Below the pieces are notes generated by a model. It was not told where the DNA came from, searched no databases, and was given only the letters and a program-made list of their open reading frames with translations. The translations under genes were made by a program, and so were the position numbers. Positions 27,695-36,737 of a stretch of 64,000 bases of DNA are shown in pieces (positions within the stretch are counted from its first letter, which is position 1; every line of letters begins with the position of its first letter). This stretch comes from Candidatus Cryptobacteroides avicola (GTDB lineage: Bacteria > Bacteroidota > Bacteroidia > Bacteroidales > UBA932). The stretch spans positions 4,266 to 68,265 of the forward strand of contig JADILV010000035.1 of NCBI GenBank assembly GCA_017695115.1. The letters are read 5' to 3'.

Positions 27695-30364
27695 ATGATG
27701 AAAAAAATTTCAAAAATACTCATTTTTGCCGCGTCTGTTTTGTTATATAGTTCATTATCAGCTGCTCAGAGTCTGCCCTCCTTGCCGGCGGATCCTTCTG
27801 TGTCAAGCGGGACATTGCCTGACAGGATACAGTATTATCTGGTGTCCAATCCTACTCATAAAGGCAAGGCGGAGTTTTCTCTTGTGTGGAGGCTCGGCGT
27901 CCCGGTCAGGGATACTTCCGCGGCAGCCGGTAATCCTGTCCGTCCGATGACCGGGAAAAACGCGTTGGCCGTCGCCCGGAAAGTCCTGGCCGGAACGGGA
28001 CTGTTTTCCTCTCCTTCTCCGGTCCTGTTCCTGAGACGCAACGGGGTGCAGGGACCTTCCGGAAGTTATATTTACTTGAAAGATAAAGCATTGGTATTCA
28101 GATTCTCTGATGTCAATCTCAACAGAGGGGAAAAATTCCTGGATTCTCTCCTTCTGCTTACTTTCGATTTTGCCAGGGAATATTCCGCAGCTGTACGTAT
28201 GTCCGGAGCTGCGGACTGCGGCCAGGCCATAATAATCTCCGGGGACATAGACAAGGGGGCGCTTCTGTCAAAAATGGAGCTGCTCTCGCTTTTTGTTCCT
28301 GATATCGGGCCGGAGACGCCTGCAGAAGACTACCGTTGGATTCCGGGCGACAGTCTTGTGTGCCGCAGAGCAGTCGTGCCTGATGCCGTGTCTTCCGGTG
28401 TAACGGCGGAATACTCGTCTCCTCGGGTGCCGGCCGGTTATATGGGGACGGTCCTTCCCGTAATGTCGGAGCAGATGGGGGCCGAACTGGGCCTTATGCT
28501 TGAGCGGAGGCTGGCAGAAAAGTTCACCCGTAAAGATATACCGGTATCCCGCATAGGCTACCGTTTCAAGGGAAGTGCCTCCGGATCAGGAGACGAGACA
28601 TTTTCCATTTCGGCAAGAACGCTTCCGGACAGGACCTTAGACGCTGTTTCCGTGATGTCTTCCGCCATTTCGGAAATGGCTGCATCCGGGGTGTCCCTTA
28701 ACGAATATGCATGGGCCAGACAGGTTGTAGGCAGAAGGCTTGAACAGAAGTCTGCCGAATACCACAAGAGCAACGGAGATTATGTGGAGAAATGCATTTC
28801 GTCATTCCTGTACGGGTCTTCAGTGGTATCCGCTTCTGACAGATATGCTTTCTTCGCGGGCAGCGCCCTTCCCGATTCTTCGGGACTTGACTTTTTCAAC
28901 AGATTCGCCTCTTCAATGATTGACAGTACGGACAATCTGACTCTGACATGCGTTTCTGACTCCGGCTCTCTCATGGAAGAGGACATAGAGGAATGTTTCC
29001 GGACGGCGTGGCATGATACTGCCGGTGTGGCATACACGTTCGGTTTCAGTGCCGGAGACACTTCGAGATTTGATCTTCCTGTCACGAAATGCAAGATAGC
29101 CAGAATGGGCAAAGAACCGGTGTCCGGTGGAGCCAGCTGGGTTTTTGCCAATGGCATGAAAGTGATTTACAAGCAGCTTCCGACAGGCGGCCGTTTCAGG
29201 TATTCCATGATATTCAAAGGAGGGTTTTCGTCGGTTCCCGGCCTTAAACCGGGCCAGGGGGCCTTTTTTGCGGATATGTTCAGTCTTTACCGGATAGCCG
29301 GAGTGGCAGGGGATGATCTGAAGGCAATGCTTTCTGCAAAAGGCATATCCATGAAAGCCGAAATCGCACCTTCCTATATGAAGATAACCGGTTCGTCATC
29401 TTCGGAATCCCTGCCTTTCCTGCTTAAGTTCCTGTCTTCGATGTCCGCTGCCAGAGAGATGGATACCGTTGCATTCAGGTATTATGCGGAATGTGAGAAA
29501 CTGAGGCTTGAGGAGCGTGCCGGTGTCGAGAGACGTCTTTCGGCGATTGACAGCATTATATGTCCGGATTTCAGATATTCCGGATTCAAATCGCCGGAAG
29601 GGCTGACCCCTGACCTGCAGAGTGTGGCTGACGGATATTTCCGCAGACAGTTGTCGAAATTCAATGACGGCGTGCTGCTGATTGTCGGGGATCTTGAAGA
29701 AGATGCCCTGAAAAAGACTCTCCAGAGCTATATCGGAAGTTTTCCGGTGGACAGGCGCACCAATGCCCGAAAAAGCTATAGCCCGCATCCGGTGTCCGGC
29801 GGCTCGACGTATATAGTAGACGGCAGGAAATACAGTCTGGATCTGGTGATGTCTGCGTCCATTGAACTTGACGCCATGAATTATATGGCTTCGGAAATAG
29901 CGGCAATGGTGCTGAAAGATGCGGTCATATCCGCCGTTTCCGGGGGATCCGCCGCCGTCAGGGTTTCCGACAGCTTTACCATAATCCCGTCCGAGAGACT
30001 GAATATGTCTGTTTCCGTCGAAGCCTGCGACACTTCCGGATTTGCGGCCGGGACCGTTGCCTTCAGGCCGGTCAGGGCACTGTTCGCAATCCGGTCGGTA
30101 CTGAAGGACCTTTCGGAAACCTCCATTCCGCAGGGAAGTCTCGATATTTACAAGGCGACATTGAAAAATGCTCTCTCGTCCTGCCTTGACGACCCTGAAT
30201 ACTGGATGGAGACACTGTCAAGACGCGTTATCTACGGCAAGGATTTCCATACAGACTATCAAGGGAAGATTGATGCAGTGACTGCGGATATGGTCCGGGA
30301 AATAATCCTCTCACTTGACAACGGTACAAAGGTCGAATATATAGTCCGTCCGAAAATAAAATGA
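27695..30364 (+). CDS. M16 (pitrilysin)-like protein lacking the HxxEH zinc motif
   Basis: Has a signal peptide. The N-terminal pattern GTLPDRIQYYLVSNPTHKGKAEFSLVWRLG resembles the Bacteroidota 'putative zinc protease' fold. No HxxEH is seen anywhere in the translation. Confidence 0.55.
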   Translation: MMKKISKILIFAASVLLYSSLSAAQSLPSLPADPSVSSGTLPDRIQYYLVSNPTHKGKAEFSLVWRLGVPVRDTSAAAGNPVRPMTGKNALAVARKVLAGTGLFSSPSPVLFLRRNGVQGPSGSYIYLKDKALVFRFSDVNLNRGEKFLDSLLLLTFDFAREYSAAVRMSGAADCGQAIIISGDIDKGALLSKMELLSLFVPDIGPETPAEDYRWIPGDSLVCRRAVVPDAVSSGVTAEYSSPRVPAGYMGTVLPVMSEQMGAELGLMLERRLAEKFTRKDIPVSRIGYRFKGSASGSGDETFSISARTLPDRTLDAVSVMSSAISEMAASGVSLNEYAWARQVVGRRLEQKSAEYHKSNGDYVEKCISSFLYGSSVVSASDRYAFFAGSALPDSSGLDFFNRFASSMIDSTDNLTLTCVSDSGSLMEEDIEECFRTAWHDTAGVAYTFGFSAGDTSRFDLPVTKCKIARMGKEPVSGGASWVFANGMKVIYKQLPTGGRFRYSMIFKGGFSSVPGLKPGQGAFFADMFSLYRIAGVAGDDLKAMLSAKGISMKAEIAPSYMKITGSSSSESLPFLLKFLSSMSAAREMDTVAFRYYAECEKLRLEERAGVERRLSAIDSIICPDFRYSGFKSPEGLTPDLQSVADGYFRRQLSKFNDGVLLIVGDLEEDALKKTLQSYIGSFPVDRRTNARKSYSPHPVSGGSTYIVDGRKYSLDLVMSASIELDAMNYMASEIAAMVLKDAVISAVSGGSAAVRVSDSFTIIPSERLNMSVSVEACDTSGFAAGTVAFRPVRALFAIRSVLKDLSETSIPQGSLDIYKATLKNALSSCLDDPEYWMETLSRRVIYGKDFHTDYQGKIDAVTADMVREIILSLDNGTKVEYIVRPKIK

Positions 30365-30465
30365 CGGGACATCAGGTGACTGTATTTTGTCAAATGGTAA
30401 AATATTGGATATTAGGATAATATATTAATAAATACGTCGGGCCGACGTTAAGGCTGGTTTGTGGA

Positions 30466-31065
30466 ATGAAAACTGAACATACTATCATACAGATAGACGA
30501 TTGTCTGGTATCAAGTGAGATACTGACAGAATATTTTGCCTGTGACTATGAAAAGTGCAAAGGCTGCTGCTGTATCATAGGAGACAGCGGGGCTCCTTTG
30601 AAGGAGTGTGAAGCCGGGGCTATAGAGAAGAACTATCCGGTATTTTCTCCGCTGATGCGGCAGGAGGGGAGGGATAAGGTGAAGCAGTCGGGCTTTTTTG
30701 AGATCGATGTTGACGGAGACATGGTTACCCCGCTTGTCCCGGGCAGTGAGGAGTGTGCCTATGCCCATTTCGATGACAACGGCAACTGCTTCTGTTCTAT
30801 GGAAAAATGCTGGTTTCAGGGGAAAGGGGATTTCCGCAAGCCTGTGTCATGCTGGCTGTATCCGATCAGGATTACCGTTCTGCGCAGCGGACTCAGGGCC
30901 CTTAATCTCCACAGATGGGACATCTGCAAGGATGCTTTCATAAAGGGCAGAAAAGAAAAGGTCCGCGTATTCGAATTTCTGCGCGAACCTATAGAACGGT
31001 ATTTCGGAGAGGATTTCTATTCGGCCTTGTCAGAGGCTTCCAGGATGCTCAATGCCCGCTCGTAG
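30466..31065 (+). CDS. Cysteine-rich uncharacterized protein (DUF3109-like)
   Basis: 199 aa. Cys cluster CDYEKCKGCCC plus further conserved-looking Cys residues (CAYAHF, CFC, CW..., SCWLYP). The family name is from memory. Confidence 0.55.
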   Translation: MKTEHTIIQIDDCLVSSEILTEYFACDYEKCKGCCCIIGDSGAPLKECEAGAIEKNYPVFSPLMRQEGRDKVKQSGFFEIDVDGDMVTPLVPGSEECAYAHFDDNGNCFCSMEKCWFQGKGDFRKPVSCWLYPIRITVLRSGLRALNLHRWDICKDAFIKGRKEKVRVFEFLREPIERYFGEDFYSALSEASRMLNARS

Positions 31066-31235
31066 TCGGCGGCGTTGACCTTCACTTTGATCTTGTCATC
31101 TGCATACCGGATAGATGGGAACGCGGAATTCTCGCCGAATACGGCGGCTTCGATCCCGTTGTCTTTAAGTTTTGTTTCTGCAATGTGCGCAAGCATCGGG
31201 TCGGGAAAACTTGCAACGGTCTTCAAATCATCCAT
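31017..31235 (-). CDS. Small DUF2007-like (putative signal-transducing) protein
   Basis: 72 aa. MDDLKTVASFPDPMLAHIAETKLKDNGIEAAVFGE... matches the beta-alpha-beta pattern of that family. Overlaps the 3' end of the convergent gene by 49 nt. Confidence 0.55.
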   Translation of the reverse strand: MDDLKTVASFPDPMLAHIAETKLKDNGIEAAVFGENSAFPSIRYADDKIKVKVNAADYERALSILEASDKAE

Positions 31236-31306
31236 AACAGAAAATTTTAAATGTTTATGTCATGCCCCGGCCGGTTGTCCGTTCCGGAGTCCTGCCTGTC
31301 GCTGTC

Positions 31307-31768
31307 CTATTCCTCTCTGCGGAAACGGCTTTCGAGTCCCATTGCCAGACGGAGGACGTCTTTCCTCATGCCTTCGATTTCCACTCCTCCTATTTTGGCT
31401 GAAAGCGTGACCCTGTCTTCATACATGCGGGTGAACCTGCTCATGCCGGTCTTGCGGAAAGACATTGTGCCTGTATCCTCTGTCTCAAGGACGTAGCCGC
31501 GTCCTCCCATGAATTCCTTTATTATGTCCTTGTCTTCTTCCCAGCTTCCGGGGATCATGGCTTCTTTTCTGATGAACCCGACACTCGGGTAGATGGCGCT
31601 GATCACGGCGAATATTACCGCGATTTTCCATAGTGCGCTGTATCCTCCCCTGAACATGGTCGAAATGTCCCCTTCGGCAGCTCCGGTCAATACAAGAACC
31701 GCCATTATCACGACAAACAGCAATATGAAATATATGAAATACTTTACGGCTCTAATGAAATATCTCAT
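31307..31768 (-). CDS. Hypothetical membrane protein
   Basis: 153 aa with two N-terminal hydrophobic helices and then a soluble domain. No domain recognised. Confidence 0.5.
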   Translation of the reverse strand: MRYFIRAVKYFIYFILLFVVIMAVLVLTGAAEGDISTMFRGGYSALWKIAVIFAVISAIYPSVGFIRKEAMIPGSWEEDKDIIKEFMGGRGYVLETEDTGTMSFRKTGMSRFTRMYEDRVTLSAKIGGVEIEGMRKDVLRLAMGLESRFRREE

Positions 31769-31823
31769 CCGACATGAAATTTATAACCAAGACAAATTTA
31801 ATCAAATATCGTAAAATACCAAT

Positions 31824-31852
31824 AAAAAACGACCGGATTGGGAATCCGGTCG
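31824..31852 (-). terminator. Intrinsic terminator of gpmI
   Basis: On the minus strand, cgaccggatt-ccc-aatccggtcg (10-bp stem) followed by TTTTTT, ~25 nt after the gpmI stop. Confidence 0.7.
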
Positions 31853-31877
31853 GGTAAATATTGCTGTTGTCTGGATA

Positions 31878-33395
31878 TTAGATCAGCGGCTCGCCGGTCA
31901 TGGCGGCAGGCTGAGGGATGCCCATGGTCTTGAGGATGGTCGGGGCTACATCCGCCAGTTTGCCGTCCTTCACATGCGTCGCTCCTGTATTGATGGCTAT
32001 GAACTGTACAGGATTCAGAGAGTGGGCGGTGTTAGGCGAACTGTCCTCGTTGAAGGCATGGTCTGCATTTCCGTGGTCTGCCGTGAGGAAGATGGCGTAA
32101 TTCTGCTCGATTGCCGCTTCCACCACTTCTTTTACGCATCTGTCGATGCGGGCTACGGCCCTGCAGATCGCCTGGAACACACCGGTATGTCCTACCATGT
32201 CTCCGTTGGCGAAGTTCAGGATGATAAGGTCTTCCTTGCCGGTCTTTATCGCCTCGACGAGTTTCTCTGTCACTTCAGGGGCGCTCATCTCCGGAAGAAG
32301 GTCGTAAGTGGCCACTTTCGGAGACTTCACGAGGATGCGGTCCTCATTTTCGAACGGAACTTCGCGTCCGCCGTTGAAGAAGAACGTCACATGGGCGTAT
32401 TTCTCTGTCTCGGCGATGCGCAGCTGGCGTTTCCCGGCTTTTGACACCACTTCTCCGAGGGTCTCCTGCACGTTCTCCTTGTCAAAGAGGATATGAAGCC
32501 CGGTGAACTTGTCATCATACGGGGTAAGGCAGCAGTAGTAGAGAGGTATGGTCTTCATGCCATAGTCAGGAAGATCCTCCTGGGTAAGCGCGGAGGTGAT
32601 TTCCCTTGCACGGTCGTTGCGGAAGTTGTAGAAGATTACGGCGTCCCCTTCCTGGATGGTACCTACAGGGTTCCCGTCCTCTCCGGTGATGCATATAGGT
32701 TTGATGAACTCGTCGGTGACACCTTCATCGTATGAAGCCTGTATGCCTTCTGTAGCCGAAGTGAATTTCGTTCCTTCGCCTTTTACAAGAAGGTCATAGG
32801 CAAGTTTCACCCTTTCCCATCTCTTGTCGCGGTCCATGGCATAGTAGCGTCCGCATACGGAAGCCACCTTGCCCGTGCTCCCGGCCATCCTGGCTTCGAG
32901 GGCCTCGACGAAGCCCTTGCCGCTCTTCGGGTCGGTGTCGCGGCCGTCCATGAAGCAGTGTACATACACTTTATCCAGGCCGTACTGCTTTGCTACAGCA
33001 AGGAATTCATATACATGCTCCAGCGAACTGTGCACCCCTCCGGTGGAGGTAAGACCCATCAGGTGGAGCTGTTTCCCGGACTGCTTCACGTAGTCGTATG
33101 CAGCTTTTATCTCCTTGTTTTCCAGAAGTTTGTGATCACGGCATGCCATGTTGATCTTTACAAGGTCCTGATATACTACCCTGCCGGCGCCGAGGTTGAG
33201 GTGTCCCACCTCCGAGTTTCCCATCTGTCCTTCAGGAAGACCTACAGCTTCTCCGCAGGCCTGAAGATGTCCGAACGGATATTTTGCTCTGAGAGAGTCG
33301 ATATAAGGGGCTCCCTGTGTGAAAATCGCGTTTGTCCAGTCATGTCTGCCCTCGCCCCATCCGTCGAGGATCATTAGAAGTACTTTCTGATTCAT
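31878..33395 (-). CDS. gpmI: 2,3-bisphosphoglycerate-independent phosphoglycerate mutase
   Basis: 505 aa. Shows [24 protein letters not shown] and TADHGNA. Confidence 0.95.
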   Translation of the reverse strand: MNQKVLLMILDGWGEGRHDWTNAIFTQGAPYIDSLRAKYPFGHLQACGEAVGLPEGQMGNSEVGHLNLGAGRVVYQDLVKINMACRDHKLLENKEIKAAYDYVKQSGKQLHLMGLTSTGGVHSSLEHVYEFLAVAKQYGLDKVYVHCFMDGRDTDPKSGKGFVEALEARMAGSTGKVASVCGRYYAMDRDKRWERVKLAYDLLVKGEGTKFTSATEGIQASYDEGVTDEFIKPICITGEDGNPVGTIQEGDAVIFYNFRNDRAREITSALTQEDLPDYGMKTIPLYYCCLTPYDDKFTGLHILFDKENVQETLGEVVSKAGKRQLRIAETEKYAHVTFFFNGGREVPFENEDRILVKSPKVATYDLLPEMSAPEVTEKLVEAIKTGKEDLIILNFANGDMVGHTGVFQAICRAVARIDRCVKEVVEAAIEQNYAIFLTADHGNADHAFNEDSSPNTAHSLNPVQFIAINTGATHVKDGKLADVAPTILKTMGIPQPAAMTGEPLI

Positions 33396-33451
33396 AGTAT
33401 AATGTATTGATATTTGTACTTAATCTTTTTGGTATTGGAGTGATTATTATC

Positions 33452-33459
33452 TACTTTTG
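33452..33459 (+). promoter_or_regulatory. Bacteroidota -7 box (TACTTTTG)
   Basis: ~81 nt upstream of the rnr ATG at 33541. Confidence 0.4.
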
Positions 33460-33540
33460 TAGGATTTACATATCAGATCCGAAAACCATCGGCAAAGATA
33501 GTGATTTGTGCGTATCGGATTATCGAAAAATCAGAAAATT

Positions 33541-36069
33541 ATGGTTGACAGAAGAAGAAAAGGCGGCAGAGACCGCGGTCGTGGAAGGAAAAAGGAGAAG
33601 AAAGTGTATCCGGAATTTACCGGAAGGGTACAGATGACCCGGGAAGGGTATGCATTCGTGATAGTGGAAGGAGAGGAAGATGATATATTCGTGAAGGCTT
33701 CCAGGACGCATGGCGCTCTCAACGGGGATACGGTACGTGTCGCTGTCCTCAAGGAAAAGACTGACCGTCAGAGGAAAGAAGGAGAGGTGCTGGAAATAGT
33801 GGAGCGTTCCCGCAAGCCTTTTGTAGGGATCCTGCATGTGGTGGGAGACCAGGCCTGGGTGCTGATGGAAAGCAGGGTGATGCCGTATGACATAATAATT
33901 CCAGTGGTAGCTCCGGCTCCGGAGAAGCCGCGCAAAAGGAAGACCAGGGGACAGTCTCTTGCGGACAGCGATCCGAAGCCCGAGTATATGCTCGGAAGCC
34001 TGAAACGCATAGGTTACGACCAGTTTGCGGTGAATTATCTGTATGAGACCGTGGACGGGAAACGGAAAGAAATGACGGTACGTTCGGGCATGAAGGTCGC
34101 CGCTATGGTGGACAAGTGGGACAAGAAGGACCCCAACCCTACAGGGCACCTGGTGGATGTGCTCGGAGAACCGGGCGAGAACGATACCGAGATGCATGCC
34201 ATCCTGGCCGAATATTCACTTCCTTACAGGTTCGAGCCGGAGGTGGAGAATGCCGCCGACGATATCTCGGACAAGATTACTGACAAGGATATTAAGGAGC
34301 GCCGCGACTTCCGCGATACGCTGACATTCACTATAGACCCTGCGGATGCGAAAGACTTTGACGATGCCCTGTCTTTCAGGAAACTGGATGACGGAAATTA
34401 TGAGGTCGGGGTGCATATAGCGGATGTGACGCATTATGTGACACCTGGCTCGGTGGTGGACGAGGAGGCCCGCAACAGGGGTACTTCGGTGTACCTTGTA
34501 GACCGCACCGTGCCGATGCTGCCGGAGAAGCTTTCGAACAAGCTGTGTTCTCTCCGTCCCAATGAGCCGAAGCTCTGCTTCTCGGCCGTGTTCGAGATCA
34601 CGCCGCTCGCGAAAGTGGTTTCCCAGTGGTTCGGGCGGACGGTAATCAATTCGGACTACAGGTTTGCATACGAGACTGCACAGCAGGTCATAGACGCCGG
34701 GGAGAAAGCCATGCAGATGGAACTGCGCGGCGGTACGGACGGCAGGCACGGCCCTATAGCAGACCCGATACTGGATGCGTCTCCGGAAGCGGCGGAAGAA
34801 AGGGCGAAGAATGCCGACAGGCATGCTGAGTCTGCAATGGGAGAAGGCGTTACCACAGGCTGTCTGATTCCGGACGCTCTCAAGGAAGCCATCCTCATAC
34901 TGAACGGTCTTGCGGCAAAACTGCGCAAGAAAAGATTCGCGGCAGGAGCCATAAGCTTCGAGAGACCTGAAATGAAAGTCGAGGTGGACGAAAAGGGCCG
35001 TCCGGTAAGAGTCTACCAGAAAGTGACAAAGGAGGCCAACTGGCTTATCGAGGAGTTCATGCTTCTGGCCAACAGGAGTGTGGCGGAGTTCGTCGCCAAA
35101 GGCTGCAAAAAAACAGCGGCGCCGTCAGCATCGCTGGGCTACCTGTGCATGACACAGGAAGAAGCGGCAAAGGCCGCGGAGAAATCGAAGGCCAAGACAT
35201 TCGTCTACCGTATCCACGATGAGCCGAACCTGATGAAACTCGACAGCCTGCGCTCGTTTGTCCACAATTTCGGCTATGAAATAGGACCTGCAGGAAACGG
35301 CAAGGAGATAGCCAGGGAACTCAACGACCTGCTCTCCAAAGCCAAGGACCGTCCGGAGTTCGGTGCCATCGAGCTCCTGTCCCTCAGGACAATGGCGAAA
35401 GCCCGTTACAGTACGGACAATATCGGGCACTACGGTCTGGCGTTCAAATACTACACGCATTTCACTTCCCCTATCAGGCGTTATCCGGATATGATGGTAC
35501 ACAGGCTCCTGGCCCTTTATCTTGACGGAGCGCAGTCCCAGAAGAAAGACTACTATGAAGGCCAGTGCAAATATGCATCCGAGCGCGAGATAGTCGCAGC
35601 AGAAGCAGAACGCTCGAGCATAAAATACAAGCTCGTAGAGTTCATGCAGGACAAGGTAGGATTCGAATTCGAAGGTCACATTTCAGGACTCACGGAATGG
35701 GGGATGTATGTTGAAATCGAGCCGACCAAGATAGAGGGTATGGTGGCGCTGAGGGACATCAGGTCGGATTATTTCGAATTCGACCAGGACCGCTACAGGA
35801 TAGTCGGACGCCACAGCAAGGTGGTCTATAACCTCGGGGATCCGGTGAAAATCCGTGTCAAAAAGACAAATCTCGAACAGAAACTCCTTGACTATGAGCT
35901 GGTCGAGACCGGTCTGGAAGAAAGGGAGGATAAGGATTATCAGGACCCTCAAGCCTCCCGGGGAAATAAAGAGGCACGCAAGGAAAAGGTCCGCAAGGCC
36001 ATTAAGGAATCAAAGAAGAAATCATCCAAGGATTCCCGCCGCCGTTCCGGCCGCAAGGAAAGGAAATGA
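33541..36069 (+). CDS. rnr: Ribonuclease R
   Basis: Contains an RNB domain (…DPADAKDFDDALS…, HYGLAFKYYTHFTSPIRRYPD), an S1 domain and a basic C-terminal tail. A GTG at 33508 is an alternative start. Confidence 0.92.
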   Translation: MVDRRRKGGRDRGRGRKKEKKVYPEFTGRVQMTREGYAFVIVEGEEDDIFVKASRTHGALNGDTVRVAVLKEKTDRQRKEGEVLEIVERSRKPFVGILHVVGDQAWVLMESRVMPYDIIIPVVAPAPEKPRKRKTRGQSLADSDPKPEYMLGSLKRIGYDQFAVNYLYETVDGKRKEMTVRSGMKVAAMVDKWDKKDPNPTGHLVDVLGEPGENDTEMHAILAEYSLPYRFEPEVENAADDISDKITDKDIKERRDFRDTLTFTIDPADAKDFDDALSFRKLDDGNYEVGVHIADVTHYVTPGSVVDEEARNRGTSVYLVDRTVPMLPEKLSNKLCSLRPNEPKLCFSAVFEITPLAKVVSQWFGRTVINSDYRFAYETAQQVIDAGEKAMQMELRGGTDGRHGPIADPILDASPEAAEERAKNADRHAESAMGEGVTTGCLIPDALKEAILILNGLAAKLRKKRFAAGAISFERPEMKVEVDEKGRPVRVYQKVTKEANWLIEEFMLLANRSVAEFVAKGCKKTAAPSASLGYLCMTQEEAAKAAEKSKAKTFVYRIHDEPNLMKLDSLRSFVHNFGYEIGPAGNGKEIARELNDLLSKAKDRPEFGAIELLSLRTMAKARYSTDNIGHYGLAFKYYTHFTSPIRRYPDMMVHRLLALYLDGAQSQKKDYYEGQCKYASEREIVAAEAERSSIKYKLVEFMQDKVGFEFEGHISGLTEWGMYVEIEPTKIEGMVALRDIRSDYFEFDQDRYRIVGRHSKVVYNLGDPVKIRVKKTNLEQKLLDYELVETGLEEREDKDYQDPQASRGNKEARKEKVRKAIKESKKKSSKDSRRRSGRKERK

Positions 36070-36084
36070 CCGGAGAAATAAGGG

Positions 36085-36149
36085 GGCTCAAAAGGAGGAA
36101 TTTCTAGGCTTACGAATCAAGCGTAACGAAGAAAGTACCCTTTTGAGTC
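36085..36149. other. Long imperfect stem-loop between the convergent rnr and hypothetical genes
   Basis: ggctcaaaagg...ccttttgagtc outer stem, with inner tttct/agaaa and ttacg/cgtaa pairings. There is no flanking U-run. Confidence 0.35.
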
Positions 36150-36166
36150 GCCCTCTTGCGGACACA

Positions 36167-36607
36167 TCACGCAATATGCTGCCCTGTAGAACTTACCATT
36201 TTGTCTACGTGGTTGCAGACAGCGGCAAGTTTTTCTTTATCTCCATCGTATGTGATCTTTACTGTCCCGCTTGTGTTTTCAAGAATGAAATAGTATTTCT
36301 TGAAAATGAGCCAGCTGGTAGCCATGGCATAGCCGGTTGACTGTATGGACCTCTTGTTCAGGGTCAGTACTACCGTGTCTCCCTGCAGCATGCCCCACAG
36401 GAGTGTCTTTTTGTCGACCTTGACTATGCGCAGGTTGGTGATGATGAGGTAGGATCTCAGCCTGATGCCGAGAATCAGCCAGAAGATTTTCACGAAAAAC
36501 ATGAACAACTGGACGAAAGGGTTCGGAGAATCATTGTAGGCATTGCCTTCAAGCTGCTCGATAATCTGTTCTCCTTCGAGTAGCTGGAATTCTTTCAATT
36601 GTGGCAT
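36167..36607 (-). CDS. Hypothetical membrane protein
   Basis: 146 aa with one central hydrophobic hairpin (FVQLFMFFVKIFWLILGI) and then a beta-rich region. No family assigned. Confidence 0.45.
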   Translation of the reverse strand: MPQLKEFQLLEGEQIIEQLEGNAYNDSPNPFVQLFMFFVKIFWLILGIRLRSYLIITNLRIVKVDKKTLLWGMLQGDTVVLTLNKRSIQSTGYAMATSWLIFKKYYFILENTSGTVKITYDGDKEKLAAVCNHVDKMVSSTGQHIA

Positions 36608-36665
36608 GGCAGTTTTAGTTTAAGGTGGTTAATGAAAGAGTAATTGATTAATTGAGCGAAAGATA

Positions 36666-36708
36666 GCAAAAATCCGCAGGTTTCCAAAATTTATCTGCAA
36701 GCCTGCGC
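36666..36708 (-). terminator. Weak terminator candidate after the MATE gene
   Basis: On the minus strand, cgcagg...(21-nt loop)...cctgcg followed by gaTTTTTg. Confidence 0.3.
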
Positions 36709-36737
36709 TGAAGCCTGATGGTCCGGAAGCAATGGAC

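Noticed and set aside
30434-30448. A palindrome acgtcg-ggc-cgacgt after the M16-like gene, considered as a terminator.
   Set aside because: It is a short 6-bp stem with no U-tract. It could equally be a protein-binding palindrome, so the evidence is too weak to call.
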